From Bacteroidota bacterium (GTDB lineage: Bacteria; Bacteroidota; Bacteroidia; NS11-12g; UBA955), in contig VGFS01000001.1 of assembly GCA_016868785.1 (NCBI GenBank), positions 20,631-84,630 on the forward strand: a stretch of DNA of 64,000 nt, given 5' to 3'. The position numbers and the translations under genes were made by a program. Under the pieces are notes generated by a model. It did not search any database, was not told the origin of the DNA, and saw only the letters and a list, made by a program, of their open reading frames with translations. Below are positions 38,120 to 48,164 of this stretch, piece by piece (the first letter of the stretch is position 1; each line of letters starts with the position of its first letter).

Positions 38120-39327
38120 TCAAACAATTGAGACACAAACCCTGTCAGCAATTTGGGTTCAACCCAAGTACTTTTGGGCGGCATCGTTAAATTTTGATCT
38201 GCCACTGCCTCCACCTGAGAAAACGAATTCGCTGGCAACACGAATACACAATCACAATCTCCTTGTTTTACCATCGCATCCATCTGCGGAAAGGGAGTAT
38301 CGCCACGCATAAACGAAATTCGTTCGTCGTTGCTGGTGTCGTGAATTCCCATTAATTCCGAAAGTACACCGGATTCGATTCGAGATACTTCCAATTGCTC
38401 AACGGCATTTAATGTTGGACTGGGCAGACCCAATTCAAATTGATACACACCCCCGCGGGTAATTACCATGGCTTGATTGGCTTTCAATTGTAACGAATCG
38501 AAATCCAACACGGGAGTAAAAGCCATTTTATGAGCTTGAAAGTACCCTACTACATCCTTTTCACCTACCCCTTTGATGATTCTGTGAAAGGATTTGATGA
38601 GTAAATCATCTTGGTCCATCACCAACGACATCAATCCTTGAGATTCACATTTGTCAGCACCTTGAAGAAATTTTGTAACCGCCGCCACGCGATGATGACC
38701 ATCGGCAATATACAATGAATCCAATTTCTGAAAACCTTCCAACACAATTGACTGTTCCTGTTCGGAAAGCAACCATACCCTGTGAACAAACCCCAATACA
38801 TCGATATTTTCCACCAACGGCGACTCCATTTTGGGCGCATGCAACCAATCTTTGATGTTATTGGGCAATTTTTGCGTCAGTAAAACCGGCTCCCAAATAG
38901 ACTGCAACACGTCAATGTGTTTAACCAATCTTCCCACTTTGATATCGATGACATTTTCATGCTTTTTCACTGTGCCATCCGCACAATTGTCAGCGCCCAG
39001 AGCCAAAATAATCCCTCTCAATGGCGCGATGTTTGGTTGCTGCTGCTCGTATAAAAACATGGCATTCGGAATGACATCCATAGCATGCGCTTGCAATAAA
39101 ACATCCAAATGAGCCCGACTCGCCTCGTAAAACTCGGGGGTGTCTTGCTCGATCCCCGGATCCAAAAATTGAGGTTTTACAATCCGAATGTAACTATTCG
39201 ATTCATTACGGGCCAATTGCTCCAATTCTGGTTGAGGGCGTTTCCCTGAACCATAGGTTGGAATGCGTTGTTGCTGCTCACGCACCGGAACCAACGCCTT
39301 GAATGCTTGTACCCTTAATTTCGTCAA
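38116..39327 (-). CDS. DUF1015-family protein (conserved partner of serA/serC in Bacteroidetes)
   Basis: ADGHHR motif (LYIADGHHRVAAV) and N-terminal ...FKALVP. The track start (39411) overlaps serA by 77 nt. Proposed TTG start at 39327 lies just after the serA stop. Confidence 0.6.
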   Translation of the reverse strand: MTKLRVQAFKALVPVREQQQRIPTYGSGKRPQPELEQLARNESNSYIRIVKPQFLDPGIEQDTPEFYEASRAHLDVLLQAHAMDVIPNAMFLYEQQQPNIAPLRGIILALGADNCADGTVKKHENVIDIKVGRLVKHIDVLQSIWEPVLLTQKLPNNIKDWLHAPKMESPLVENIDVLGFVHRVWLLSEQEQSIVLEGFQKLDSLYIADGHHRVAAVTKFLQGADKCESQGLMSLVMDQDDLLIKSFHRIIKGVGEKDVVGYFQAHKMAFTPVLDFDSLQLKANQAMVITRGGVYQFELGLPSPTLNAVEQLEVSRIESGVLSELMGIHDTSNDERISFMRGDTPFPQMDAMVKQGDCDCVFVLPANSFSQVEAVADQNLTMPPKSTWVEPKLLTGFVSQLFD

Positions 39328-39334
39328 AACAATC

Positions 39335-40282
39335 TCAATTGAAAAACCCAGTAATCTTCTCTGCCAACTCAATACCCACTCTTTCCTGGGCTTCCTTGGT
39401 GCTAGCGCCAATGTGGGGCGACAAGCTACAATTATCTTGAGAGAGCATTAATTCATTGGTTGGAGGCTCATTTTCAAACACGTCTACCCCAGCGCATGAA
39501 ATTTGTCCGCTTACCAACGCATCTGCCAACGCAGCTTCATTGACAACTCCACCGCGAGCGCAATTGATCAAAACGGCACCTGGCTTCATTTGGGCGATTT
39601 CTGCCGATCCAATAACTTCCGCACTTCCAGGGGTATGAATAGTGAGGCAATCCGCGTTCGACAAAACGGCCTGAAGAGACTGTCTTTTCAACGTAACTTT
39701 GAAATTGTTCGACTGATAGGCTTTGGACAATTGAACCACAACATCGAACTCACGCTGTTTGTAATCGTATACCAACACTTCCATTCCAAGTCCGATGGCC
39801 ATTTTCGCCACTTCCTGTCCGATGCGACCAAAACCGATGATTCCCAATTTCTTACCCATCAATTCAAAACCGTCAGAGTACACTTTTTTCATGTCTTTGA
39901 ACCCATCAATACCATTGGTAGGCATTTGTCGATTGGCTTTATGCAAGAAGCGCGACAATGAAAACAAATGAGCAAACACCAATTCTGCTACTGAGCGTGA
40001 ACTGGCATTGGGTGTATTCACCACCGGGATGTTCTTTTCGCCGGCAGCTTTCATGTCGATGTTATCCAAACCCACTCCCGCACGCGCAATCAGCTTCAAA
40101 TTTGAGGCATTGATCACCGCCGCATTCACTTTGGTTGCACTGCGTACGATTAAAACATCGTAATCGCCGATGGCCGTGGGCAATTCATCCTGCGCAATTT
40201 TCTGGGTGATTACTTCATGTCCAGCCGCCTCCAAAATGGCTTTACCGGCCGCATCTATTCCGTCGTTCGCTAAAATTCTCAT
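39335..40282 (-). CDS. serA: D-3-phosphoglycerate dehydrogenase (short-form 2-hydroxyacid dehydrogenase)
   Basis: NAD-binding GxGxxG (IIGFGRIGQEVA) and a catalytic R/E/H triad region. Adjacent to serC. Confidence 0.75.
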   Translation of the reverse strand: MRILANDGIDAAGKAILEAAGHEVITQKIAQDELPTAIGDYDVLIVRSATKVNAAVINASNLKLIARAGVGLDNIDMKAAGEKNIPVVNTPNASSRSVAELVFAHLFSLSRFLHKANRQMPTNGIDGFKDMKKVYSDGFELMGKKLGIIGFGRIGQEVAKMAIGLGMEVLVYDYKQREFDVVVQLSKAYQSNNFKVTLKRQSLQAVLSNADCLTIHTPGSAEVIGSAEIAQMKPGAVLINCARGGVVNEAALADALVSGQISCAGVDVFENEPPTNELMLSQDNCSLSPHIGASTKEAQERVGIELAEKITGFFN

Positions 40283-41349
40283 GATGCAAAATTCTCCATT
40301 ACATCAACCAATGCTTGCACGCTTTCGATGGGCAACGCATTGTACAACGAGGCTCTGTATCCACCCACCGAGCGATGGCCTTTCAACCCGGACAAATTGG
40401 CTTCTTTGCAAGCTTGGTTGAATTTCTCCTCCAAGTGCACATGTTCCTCATTAAACACAAAACAAACATTCATTTGAGAGCGATCTTCCACTGCAGCAGT
40501 GCCCTTAAAGTAAGGACTCTTATCGATGGCATTGTATAACAAATCGGCTTTTGCCGTATTTCTGGCAGCCATTGCTTCTACACCACCCACTTCTTTTACC
40601 CACTCGAGGTTGTATTTCGACACCAAAATTAGAAATACTGGGGGCGTATTGTACATACTGTCGTTTTCTGCGTGGATGCTATATTTCATCATGGTTGGGA
40701 TGTGCCTATCGGCCACCCGGCTGTACATATCCTTGCGAAGGATCACCAAGGTTACTCCGGCAGGACCCATGTTCTTTTGGGCACCGGCATAGATCATGGC
40801 AAACTTAGACACATCTACAGGCTTTGAAAAAATGTCTGAGCTCATGTCGCAGATCAACGGCACATCCCCGCAATTGGGATAAGCCTTCATTTGTGTCCCG
40901 AAGATGGTATTGTTGCTTGTACAATGAAAATAATCGGCATCGGCAGGCACTGTGTAGTCTTTCGGTACAAATGAGAAATTCGCAAATTTGCTGGATGCCA
41001 AAACCTCGGTTTGTCCATACCCTTGTGCTTCAACGATGGCACGACTGGCCCATGTTCCTGTTTGGGTGAAGGCCGCTTTGGTTTTCAAAAAATTCAATGG
41101 GATTTGAAAAAACTGTGTACTGGCACCGCCTTGCAAAAACAGCACATCGTAATTGTTAGGCACAGACAGTAGATCTCTCACCAACTGGGCGGTATCCGCC
41201 ATCACTTTTTCAAACTCCTTGCCTCGGTGAGAAACTTCCAAAATACTCAATCCGGTGCCGGCAAAATTGCGAATGTCCTGTATGCTCTTTTCAAAAGCAC
41301 TCTCTGCCAAAATAGATGGACCTGCAGAGAAATTATGAATCTTTGACAT
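40279..41349 (-). CDS. serC: phosphoserine aminotransferase
   Basis: MSKIHNFSAGPSILAE... SerC N-terminus plus PLP-lysine region. Start at ATG 41349 (M17 of track ORF). Confidence 0.85.
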   Translation of the reverse strand: MSKIHNFSAGPSILAESAFEKSIQDIRNFAGTGLSILEVSHRGKEFEKVMADTAQLVRDLLSVPNNYDVLFLQGGASTQFFQIPLNFLKTKAAFTQTGTWASRAIVEAQGYGQTEVLASSKFANFSFVPKDYTVPADADYFHCTSNNTIFGTQMKAYPNCGDVPLICDMSSDIFSKPVDVSKFAMIYAGAQKNMGPAGVTLVILRKDMYSRVADRHIPTMMKYSIHAENDSMYNTPPVFLILVSKYNLEWVKEVGGVEAMAARNTAKADLLYNAIDKSPYFKGTAAVEDRSQMNVCFVFNEEHVHLEEKFNQACKEANLSGLKGHRSVGGYRASLYNALPIESVQALVDVMENFAS

Positions 41350-41407
41350 AGTAGCCTTTACATTTACAATTTTACGCGTATAATTGCGGGTAAACAAGCA
41401 CTACACC

Positions 41408-41995
41408 ATGTTTCAAGCCAAAGGTTTTACAGTTTTTATCCTCTTTTTAGTGAGTCAAATTTGTTATGGCCAATACGATGGTTTAAATGGTGAAACGAAA
41501 AAAGAAAATACCGAAACATCTGACAACAACAGAAAAACACCGTCAACCGATAGTCTGATGGATGATTACGAGGAAAAACCCAGTTTCAGCGGTCAACTAT
41601 CGAGCTACAAGGCGATAGAGTTTATGACCAATGGAAGTCAATACTCACTGTTTCTTTGTTTTGATCCTCAAGCGGGCGTGAGTTTGAACGACCGGCTTTT
41701 TCTCGGTGGTGGGGTAAACTTAGGCATTTACAACACCACGGGCATGGGTGGCGCCTTCGGATTTTCCCGGATTTCCTTCAATAAGATTTTCTTTCAAGCC
41801 GAGTATCGCGCAATCAACACATTCGTGCCAATTGAAAACAAGCGCGATTGGGTAAGCAGTCCCATTTTTTTGGTCGGTTTCGCCTACGATGAATCAATGT
41901 CGAGTTGGGCCTCGGTGGGTATCTCCGTCAACGGAGATTTCTCGCGTTCCATGCCCTTTGGGGCGCTGGTTTACCGGTTTGGTGTTCGTTTTTAA
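41408..41995 (+). CDS. small secreted hypothetical protein, probable outer-membrane beta-barrel (ends ...RFGVRF)
   Basis: Signal peptide (FILFLVSQICYGQ), alternating hydrophobic strands and a C-terminal Phe. Confidence 0.35.
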   Translation: MFQAKGFTVFILFLVSQICYGQYDGLNGETKKENTETSDNNRKTPSTDSLMDDYEEKPSFSGQLSSYKAIEFMTNGSQYSLFLCFDPQAGVSLNDRLFLGGGVNLGIYNTTGMGGAFGFSRISFNKIFFQAEYRAINTFVPIENKRDWVSSPIFLVGFAYDESMSSWASVGISVNGDFSRSMPFGALVYRFGVRF

Positions 41996-42010
41996 TCCTG
42001 AAAGCCAGAC

Positions 42011-43393
42011 CTAGTAAATCACATTCAGCACTGCCCAAGGCAAGGCACCCAGCAACAGGATCAATCCACCCAACAGCATCAACCAACCACGATCCACCAC
42101 AGGATTGTCGTTCGAGGGTTGATTCATGAAGGCGTGTTTGAAGAATTTGAAATAGTATCCTACACTAATGGCCGATCCCAACAAACCAACACCCACCAAC
42201 CATGGCATGTGTTGCCAAGCAAATGAGAACAGGTAAAATTTGGCGTTGAAACCCGCACTTACTGGAATCCCGGCCATCGACAAAACACCCACCGCCAAAG
42301 CAATTGCGGCCACGGGCGATTTCTTGGAAAGTCCATCAAAGGCAGCAAAACCTCTCTCCCCTTGGAACGACACTTGGTTTGCTATCGAGAAAACCAACAA
42401 ACTGGCCATGGCATAGGCCAATCCATAGAACCACAAAATCCAAGTATTGGTACCGTCGGCCATCAACAAGAACATCACCAAATAACCGGCATGAGCAATG
42501 CTACTGAATGCCAAAGTACGCTTCACTGATGCTTGGTTCAATGCCGCCAAGTTTCCCCACAAAATGGTGATGGCGCCCAATACCGACATCCAACCTTTCC
42601 AAGCATCAGCAATACCGCCAAATGTGCTCAGGAAACGGTAGAATGCCACGAAAGCCGCGATTTTCACCACGGTGGCCATGTACAACGTTGTGCGGTTTGG
42701 ACTGCCCTCATACACGTCGGGTGCCCAAAAATGAAACGGCGCTGCCGCCACCTTGAACAACAACCCCACGCTCATCAATACGATCCCCGCATTGATTAAC
42801 ACTGGCAAAGGCATTCCTTGCATGGCATGCATGAAACTGGGTTTAATACCCATCATTTCAAGTTCCAAAGAACCCGTACCACCATAGATAAACGCTGTAC
42901 CCAACAAGAAAATCCCGGTTGAAAAAGCACCCATCAAAAAGTATTTCAACGAAGCTTCATTGGAAGCCAAGTTTGATTTGTTGGCACCCGCCAACACAAA
43001 CAATGGAATCGACAACACTTCAATGCCCAAGAACAACATCACCAAATGCTGGTAAGAAACCATCATGTAAGCGCCACACAAGCTGAACATCATCAAACCC
43101 AGCTGGTCGTTTCCAATGACTTCGTTCTTTCTAAACATCAATAGGATAAAGCCAACAATAAACGCCAACAAAGCAGCAAACAAATGTTGCTCTTTGCCAA
43201 ACTGCATCATATTGGCAGGCACCCAAGACTCCAAACCGTGAAACGAAACCAAGTTGGCAGAACAGGCCCAAGACAATCCCGCCGAGACGAACAAGGCCAA
43301 CGCCGCAAACAATGAATAACTCGATTCACGTTTGTTTAATCCCAAAAACAACAGCACCGCCGCGCTGAAAAAGGTTACAAAAAGTGCAATCAT
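42011..43393 (-). CDS. nuoN: NADH-quinone oxidoreductase subunit N
   Basis: 460-aa antiporter-like subunit, last gene of the nuo cluster. Confidence 0.85.
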   Translation of the reverse strand: MIALFVTFFSAAVLLFLGLNKRESSYSLFAALALFVSAGLSWACSANLVSFHGLESWVPANMMQFGKEQHLFAALLAFIVGFILLMFRKNEVIGNDQLGLMMFSLCGAYMMVSYQHLVMLFLGIEVLSIPLFVLAGANKSNLASNEASLKYFLMGAFSTGIFLLGTAFIYGGTGSLELEMMGIKPSFMHAMQGMPLPVLINAGIVLMSVGLLFKVAAAPFHFWAPDVYEGSPNRTTLYMATVVKIAAFVAFYRFLSTFGGIADAWKGWMSVLGAITILWGNLAALNQASVKRTLAFSSIAHAGYLVMFLLMADGTNTWILWFYGLAYAMASLLVFSIANQVSFQGERGFAAFDGLSKKSPVAAIALAVGVLSMAGIPVSAGFNAKFYLFSFAWQHMPWLVGVGLLGSAISVGYYFKFFKHAFMNQPSNDNPVVDRGWLMLLGGLILLLGALPWAVLNVIY

Positions 43394-44829
43394 GACATTA
43401 CCCCCCTTACTTCAGAAACCCATTGACCGATTTGAACAATACTATTGTGCACGATATCTATCATCATTTGTGGCATGAAACCCAACCCCAAAATCAAGGC
43501 TGCAATGATTCCAAACGCCAATATTTCATTCCATTTCAATGAGGCCACCGCTGCCTTACCCTCACCAAACATGCTAAACTGAACCATTCTGAAAATGTAA
43601 ACAACGCAGAAGATGATGGTCAACCCCGACAACAAAGCCATGCTCGGCTTATACGCGTACATCGACTTCAACAACAACAATTCACCAGGAAAACCATTGG
43701 TAAAGGGCACTGCCACTGTTCCCAAGGCAATCAACATGAAGAAAATCATGAACAATCGGTTCGATTTTGCCAATCCCCCCAACTCACCCAAGATGCGTGT
43801 TCCTGCACTGCGCTCAATCAACTCAATCACCAAAAACAATCCCACCACATTGATACCGTGTACAAAGAGTTGAATCACGCTGCCTTCCAAACCCTCTAGG
43901 GTCAATGTCATGATCCCAGCGGCAATCAAACCCACGTGAGAAAGAGAAGAAAATGCCACCAATCGCTTCATGTCTTTCTGTCTCATCGCAATCAAAGCAC
44001 CATAAATCACTCCAGCAACTGCCAATCCCACAACCCAAGGTTGGAAGAACTCCAAGCTCTCAGGAGCCAAGGGCAAATACCAACGCAACAAGCCATACAA
44101 GCCCATCTTCAACATAATGCCACTCAACAACATCGTTCCGGCGGCGGGTGCATTTGTGTACGTATCGGCCTGCCAAGAATGGAATGGCAACACCGGGATT
44201 TTTACCAAAAAAGCCAGCAAAATGCCACCGCCCACCAACAATGATTCTGTGTGTGATAACTCCACCGCCCGCAGCGCCTCAAACGAAAATGAGAAATTGG
44301 CCGTATGCAAAAACAAGTAAATCAAACTCGCCAACATCGCCAAAGAACCCACAAACGTGTAAACAAAGAATCGCAAAGTAATTTTGAAGGCATTCTCACC
44401 ACTCATCTTCAGTGTGATGAAATAAATCGGAATCAACGCCAACTCCCAGAAGATGTAAAACATCAATCCGTCTTGCGCCATGAAAACCCCATTCAACGCC
44501 CCTTGCATAAACAAAGTAAGCGCGGTGATTTTGGTTTGATTTTCATCGTTGCGAATCCCACCAAGCACAATCACAGGCACCAAAATATTGGTTAACAATA
44601 GCAATACGCCCGTAAGTCCATCAAATCCCGTTGTAAAACGGATACTGTCCGAAATCCAAGGCTGATCAAACAAGGTCTTCCAACCCCCATCAACCCCTAC
44701 ACGTTGAAAAAACTGTGCAACAAATATCAAAGGCAACAAAGACAATATGGCCGATAACCCAATTGAATTGCGCTTACCCAAGGCCATCACCGCGATGGAA
44801 GCCAATATTGGAATAATGATTACTTCCAT
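43390..44829 (-). CDS. nuoM: NADH-quinone oxidoreductase subunit M
   Basis: 479-aa Mrp-antiporter-like subunit. Overlaps the nuoN start by 4 nt. Confidence 0.85.
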   Translation of the reverse strand: MEVIIIPILASIAVMALGKRNSIGLSAILSLLPLIFVAQFFQRVGVDGGWKTLFDQPWISDSIRFTTGFDGLTGVLLLLTNILVPVIVLGGIRNDENQTKITALTLFMQGALNGVFMAQDGLMFYIFWELALIPIYFITLKMSGENAFKITLRFFVYTFVGSLAMLASLIYLFLHTANFSFSFEALRAVELSHTESLLVGGGILLAFLVKIPVLPFHSWQADTYTNAPAAGTMLLSGIMLKMGLYGLLRWYLPLAPESLEFFQPWVVGLAVAGVIYGALIAMRQKDMKRLVAFSSLSHVGLIAAGIMTLTLEGLEGSVIQLFVHGINVVGLFLVIELIERSAGTRILGELGGLAKSNRLFMIFFMLIALGTVAVPFTNGFPGELLLLKSMYAYKPSMALLSGLTIIFCVVYIFRMVQFSMFGEGKAAVASLKWNEILAFGIIAALILGLGFMPQMMIDIVHNSIVQIGQWVSEVRGVMS

Positions 44830-44831
44830 GA

Positions 44832-46751
44832 TTAAAACAAATTAAAAGCCAACAACAAGGCGACACCAATCACCATATAAACCAAATAATATTCAATGTT
44901 TCCGTTTTGAATTTTTGAGAGCAATCGGCTGATTCCGTTTGATCCCGATCCAACACCGTCTACCAAGCCCTTCACGGCTTTGTCATCGACATAGTTTCCA
45001 ACCACCTCTCCGGCAGCTTCTAATGACGATACAAAAGCAGTATCATAAGCTTCGTCCACGTAAAACTTGTTTGCCAACACCTTGCCCATACCCGTTTGGG
45101 CGCTGTCGGCCTCTGGCACAGCCCCTTGAACCACATATTTGTTTCTGGTGTGCAAGAAAGCAATGACGAATACCGAAACAGCCATGCCCAACAACAACCA
45201 TTCAGTGGTATGCTCAATTTCAGGTGCATGCTCAGGGTAGATCAAGATGGGCGAAAACTTTCCGCCACCGTCGTAATTCAAGGTATGGTGCAATATGCCC
45301 GAAATACCCTCTCCCAAATAATGAGGCAAGTTTACCACCCCACCAATCACCGAAAGCACCGCCAATACCAACAAAGGCAATGTCATCAACCACGGACTTT
45401 CGTGCACTTTGTCAAATGAATGATGCGTATTTCTGTAAGTACCGTGGAAGGTAACAAAGAACATTCTGAACATATAAAATCCAGTGATACCCGCACCTAT
45501 CAATGCCAAACCAAAAACCAATTTGTTGTGGGCAAAGGCCGATACCAGAATTTCGTCTTTGGAGAAGAAGCCCGACAAAAATGGAAAACCTGTGATAGCC
45601 AGCGTACCAATCAAAAACGTGAGGTAAGTAATGGGCATTTTCTTGCGCAATCCGCCCATGTGTCGGATATCTTGCTCATGGTGCATTCCATGAATTACAC
45701 TACCAGAACCCAAGAACAACAGGGCCTTGAAGAAGGCATGCGTGATCACGTGGAACAAAGCGGCCGTGTAAGCACCGCATCCCAACGCGATAAACATCAA
45801 ACCCAACTGACTCACTGTACTGTATGCCAACACTTTTTTGATGTCGTTCTGCTTTAAACCAATCAAAGCCGCCATCAACGAAGTGGCCAGGCCAATCCAC
45901 ATCACGACTTCACGCGCCAAGGGCGACAAAGCATAAATGGCTTCGGAGCGAATCACCAAGTAAATACCCGCCGTTACCATGGTTGCTGCGTGAATGAGCG
46001 CAGAAACAGGTGTTGGACCTGCCATCGCATCGGGCAACCAAGTATACAAAGGAATTTGGGCACTCTTACCCATCGCACCAATAAACAATAACAGTGCAAT
46101 GGCGGTATTCACAGCATTCGACTCAACAGATCCAGCAAAAACACTGCGGAACACCTCTTGGTATTCGAAAGAACCGTACGTATCGTAAATCAAAAACAGA
46201 CCCAACAACAAGCCCAAGTCACCAATGCGGTTCATCACAAACGCTTTACGCGCTGCCTTGCCGTAATCCGCATTCTTGTACCAGAAACCTATCAACAAGT
46301 ATGAGCACAGTCCAACGCCTTCCCATCCAAAGAATAACATCAGGTAATTCGAACCCAACACCAAAACCAACATGTTGAATATAAACAAGTTGAGATAAGC
46401 AAAGAATTTATAAAACCCCTCATCCTCATGCATGTAAGCGATGGAATACAGGTGAATCAACGTACCAATTCCAGTAATGATCAAGGTCATCACCGCCGAC
46501 AGTCGATCAAACTGAAATGCGAAATCTACATGGAAATTGCCAACATGCAAAAACGTAAACAATTTGGTGTAGATGCGCTCTGGAATGGTGGTATCACCGG
46601 TCAAGTCCATAAAACTCATCAAAGCAATCACAAACGAACCCAATACAGCCGCCGTTCCCAACCAACCCGAAATGGCTTTGGGAAGGAATTTGCCAAATAT
46701 CCCGTTGACTAAAAAGCCCAACAGCGGGAGAAATATCATCAATGTCAACAT
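44832..46751 (-). CDS. nuoL: NADH-quinone oxidoreductase subunit L
   Basis: 639 aa, antiporter-like with a long C-terminal amphipathic helix region. Confidence 0.9.
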   Translation of the reverse strand: MLTLMIFLPLLGFLVNGIFGKFLPKAISGWLGTAAVLGSFVIALMSFMDLTGDTTIPERIYTKLFTFLHVGNFHVDFAFQFDRLSAVMTLIITGIGTLIHLYSIAYMHEDEGFYKFFAYLNLFIFNMLVLVLGSNYLMLFFGWEGVGLCSYLLIGFWYKNADYGKAARKAFVMNRIGDLGLLLGLFLIYDTYGSFEYQEVFRSVFAGSVESNAVNTAIALLLFIGAMGKSAQIPLYTWLPDAMAGPTPVSALIHAATMVTAGIYLVIRSEAIYALSPLAREVVMWIGLATSLMAALIGLKQNDIKKVLAYSTVSQLGLMFIALGCGAYTAALFHVITHAFFKALLFLGSGSVIHGMHHEQDIRHMGGLRKKMPITYLTFLIGTLAITGFPFLSGFFSKDEILVSAFAHNKLVFGLALIGAGITGFYMFRMFFVTFHGTYRNTHHSFDKVHESPWLMTLPLLVLAVLSVIGGVVNLPHYLGEGISGILHHTLNYDGGGKFSPILIYPEHAPEIEHTTEWLLLGMAVSVFVIAFLHTRNKYVVQGAVPEADSAQTGMGKVLANKFYVDEAYDTAFVSSLEAAGEVVGNYVDDKAVKGLVDGVGSGSNGISRLLSKIQNGNIEYYLVYMVIGVALLLAFNLF

Positions 46752-46754
46752 ACC

Positions 46755-47081
46755 TTACCCTTTCAATTGATCCAAGAAACTAACATCGGTTTTGCGCGTG
46801 TTACGGTAAACCAGAACCAAAATCGCCAGTCCCACAGCGGCTTCCGCTGCGGCAACTACCATGATGAAAAACACGAAAATCTGTCCGTCCGCATCACCCA
46901 TATAACTCGAAAAGGCGGTAAACAACAAATTCACGGCATTCAACATCAATTCAATACACATCAACAAAATGATGGCATTGCGTCTAAATAGCACACCAAA
47001 AAGCCCAATGCTAAACAACACGGTGCTCAGATAAATATAGTGGCTAATTTCCACTTGGTTGAAAACACTCAAAATGCTCAT
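46755..47081 (-). CDS. nuoK: NADH-quinone oxidoreductase subunit K
   Basis: 108 aa with 3 TM helices, between nuoJ and nuoL. Confidence 0.8.
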   Translation of the reverse strand: MSILSVFNQVEISHYIYLSTVLFSIGLFGVLFRRNAIILLMCIELMLNAVNLLFTAFSSYMGDADGQIFVFFIMVVAAAEAAVGLAILVLVYRNTRKTDVSFLDQLKG

Positions 47082-47617
47082 CCGTTGGATTCTTCTTTGG
47101 ATATCAAAGCGTCGACCGCCTTCTCTCTTTTACCCAACAAAACAGCACCCACCATGGCTGCCAAAAACAAAATCCCGGTGAGTTCGAAAGGAACCACAAA
47201 ACGGGTAAACAATACCTTGCCCAAGGCTTTTACCAGGCCGATACCCTCTACGGGATTTTTCGCCACCGCTTCACCACTCACTTGGAATGCCGCGGTAATA
47301 ATCAACAACAAAGAACCCGCAGAGATTGCCGCAGCAATGCCCCACCAGTTCGATTTCACCGGCTCAGATTCTTTGCTCAAATTCAACAGCATTAACACAA
47401 ACAGGAACAATACCATGATTGCTCCAGCGTAAACAATCAAGTTTACAACTGCCAAAAACTGGGCATTCAACAACACATAATGCGCGGAAATGGTGAAGAA
47501 AGTAAATATCAATGCCAACACACTGTGCACCGGATTTTTGCTGGTCACAACGTACAAGGCCGACAATATGGTTAAAAAGGAAAGTACCAAAAATGGTATG
47601 GGTAAATTCTGAAGCAT
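47078..47617 (-). CDS. nuoJ: NADH-quinone oxidoreductase subunit J
   Basis: 179-aa membrane subunit in the J position. Confidence 0.75.
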   Translation of the reverse strand: MLQNLPIPFLVLSFLTILSALYVVTSKNPVHSVLALIFTFFTISAHYVLLNAQFLAVVNLIVYAGAIMVLFLFVLMLLNLSKESEPVKSNWWGIAAAISAGSLLLIITAAFQVSGEAVAKNPVEGIGLVKALGKVLFTRFVVPFELTGILFLAAMVGAVLLGKREKAVDALISKEESNG

Positions 47618-47624
47618 CTTATGA

Positions 47625-48155
47625 TTATTTAGACCACACTTGTCGTTTCGAAATATCTACACGGGCATCCACCGGCTCAACCAACTTGTCTTTGCCGTAG
47701 ATGAAATCTTCTCTGCCAAACTCGGCATCTACTATGCGATCGGTTAGGAATACTGCTTGCTTGGGACAGGCTTCCTCACACAATCCGCAGAAAATACAGC
47801 GCAGCATATTGATTTCGTAGGTTGCAGCATACTTCTCCTCGCGGTACAAATGCTCTTCGCCTTTTTCGCGTTCCGCAGCAACCATCGTGATGGCTTCGGC
47901 CGGACAGGCAACGGCGCACAATCCACAAGCCGTGCAGCGCTCTTTGCCCTGTTCGTCGCGCTTCAATACATGCTGCCCGCGATACACCTCGGCCCTGGGA
48001 CGTATTTGCTCAGGATATTGCGAGGTTGCGGGCTTTTTAAAGAAGTGCTTCAACGTAATCCACATCCCCCCAAAAATGGCTGGCAAATAAATCTGCTCAG
48101 CGAAGGTCATTTTTTTATCCACGACCTGGCGTGAACGGTTGGTCAACTTTTCCAT
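47625..48155 (-). CDS. nuoI: NADH-quinone oxidoreductase subunit I (2x[4Fe-4S])
   Basis: Two CxxCxxCxxxCP motifs (CTACGLCAVACP and CIFCGLCEEACP). Confidence 0.9.
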   Translation of the reverse strand: MEKLTNRSRQVVDKKMTFAEQIYLPAIFGGMWITLKHFFKKPATSQYPEQIRPRAEVYRGQHVLKRDEQGKERCTACGLCAVACPAEAITMVAAEREKGEEHLYREEKYAATYEINMLRCIFCGLCEEACPKQAVFLTDRIVDAEFGREDFIYGKDKLVEPVDARVDISKRQVWSK

Positions 48156-48164
48156 TTCGCAGTA

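Noticed and set aside
39328-39411. ATG at 39411 as the DUF1015 start
   Set aside because: It would overlap the serA 3' end by 77 nt in a different frame. A TTG at 39327, immediately after the serA TGA, preserves the conserved ...FKALVP N-terminus. This is not definitive without orthologue alignment.
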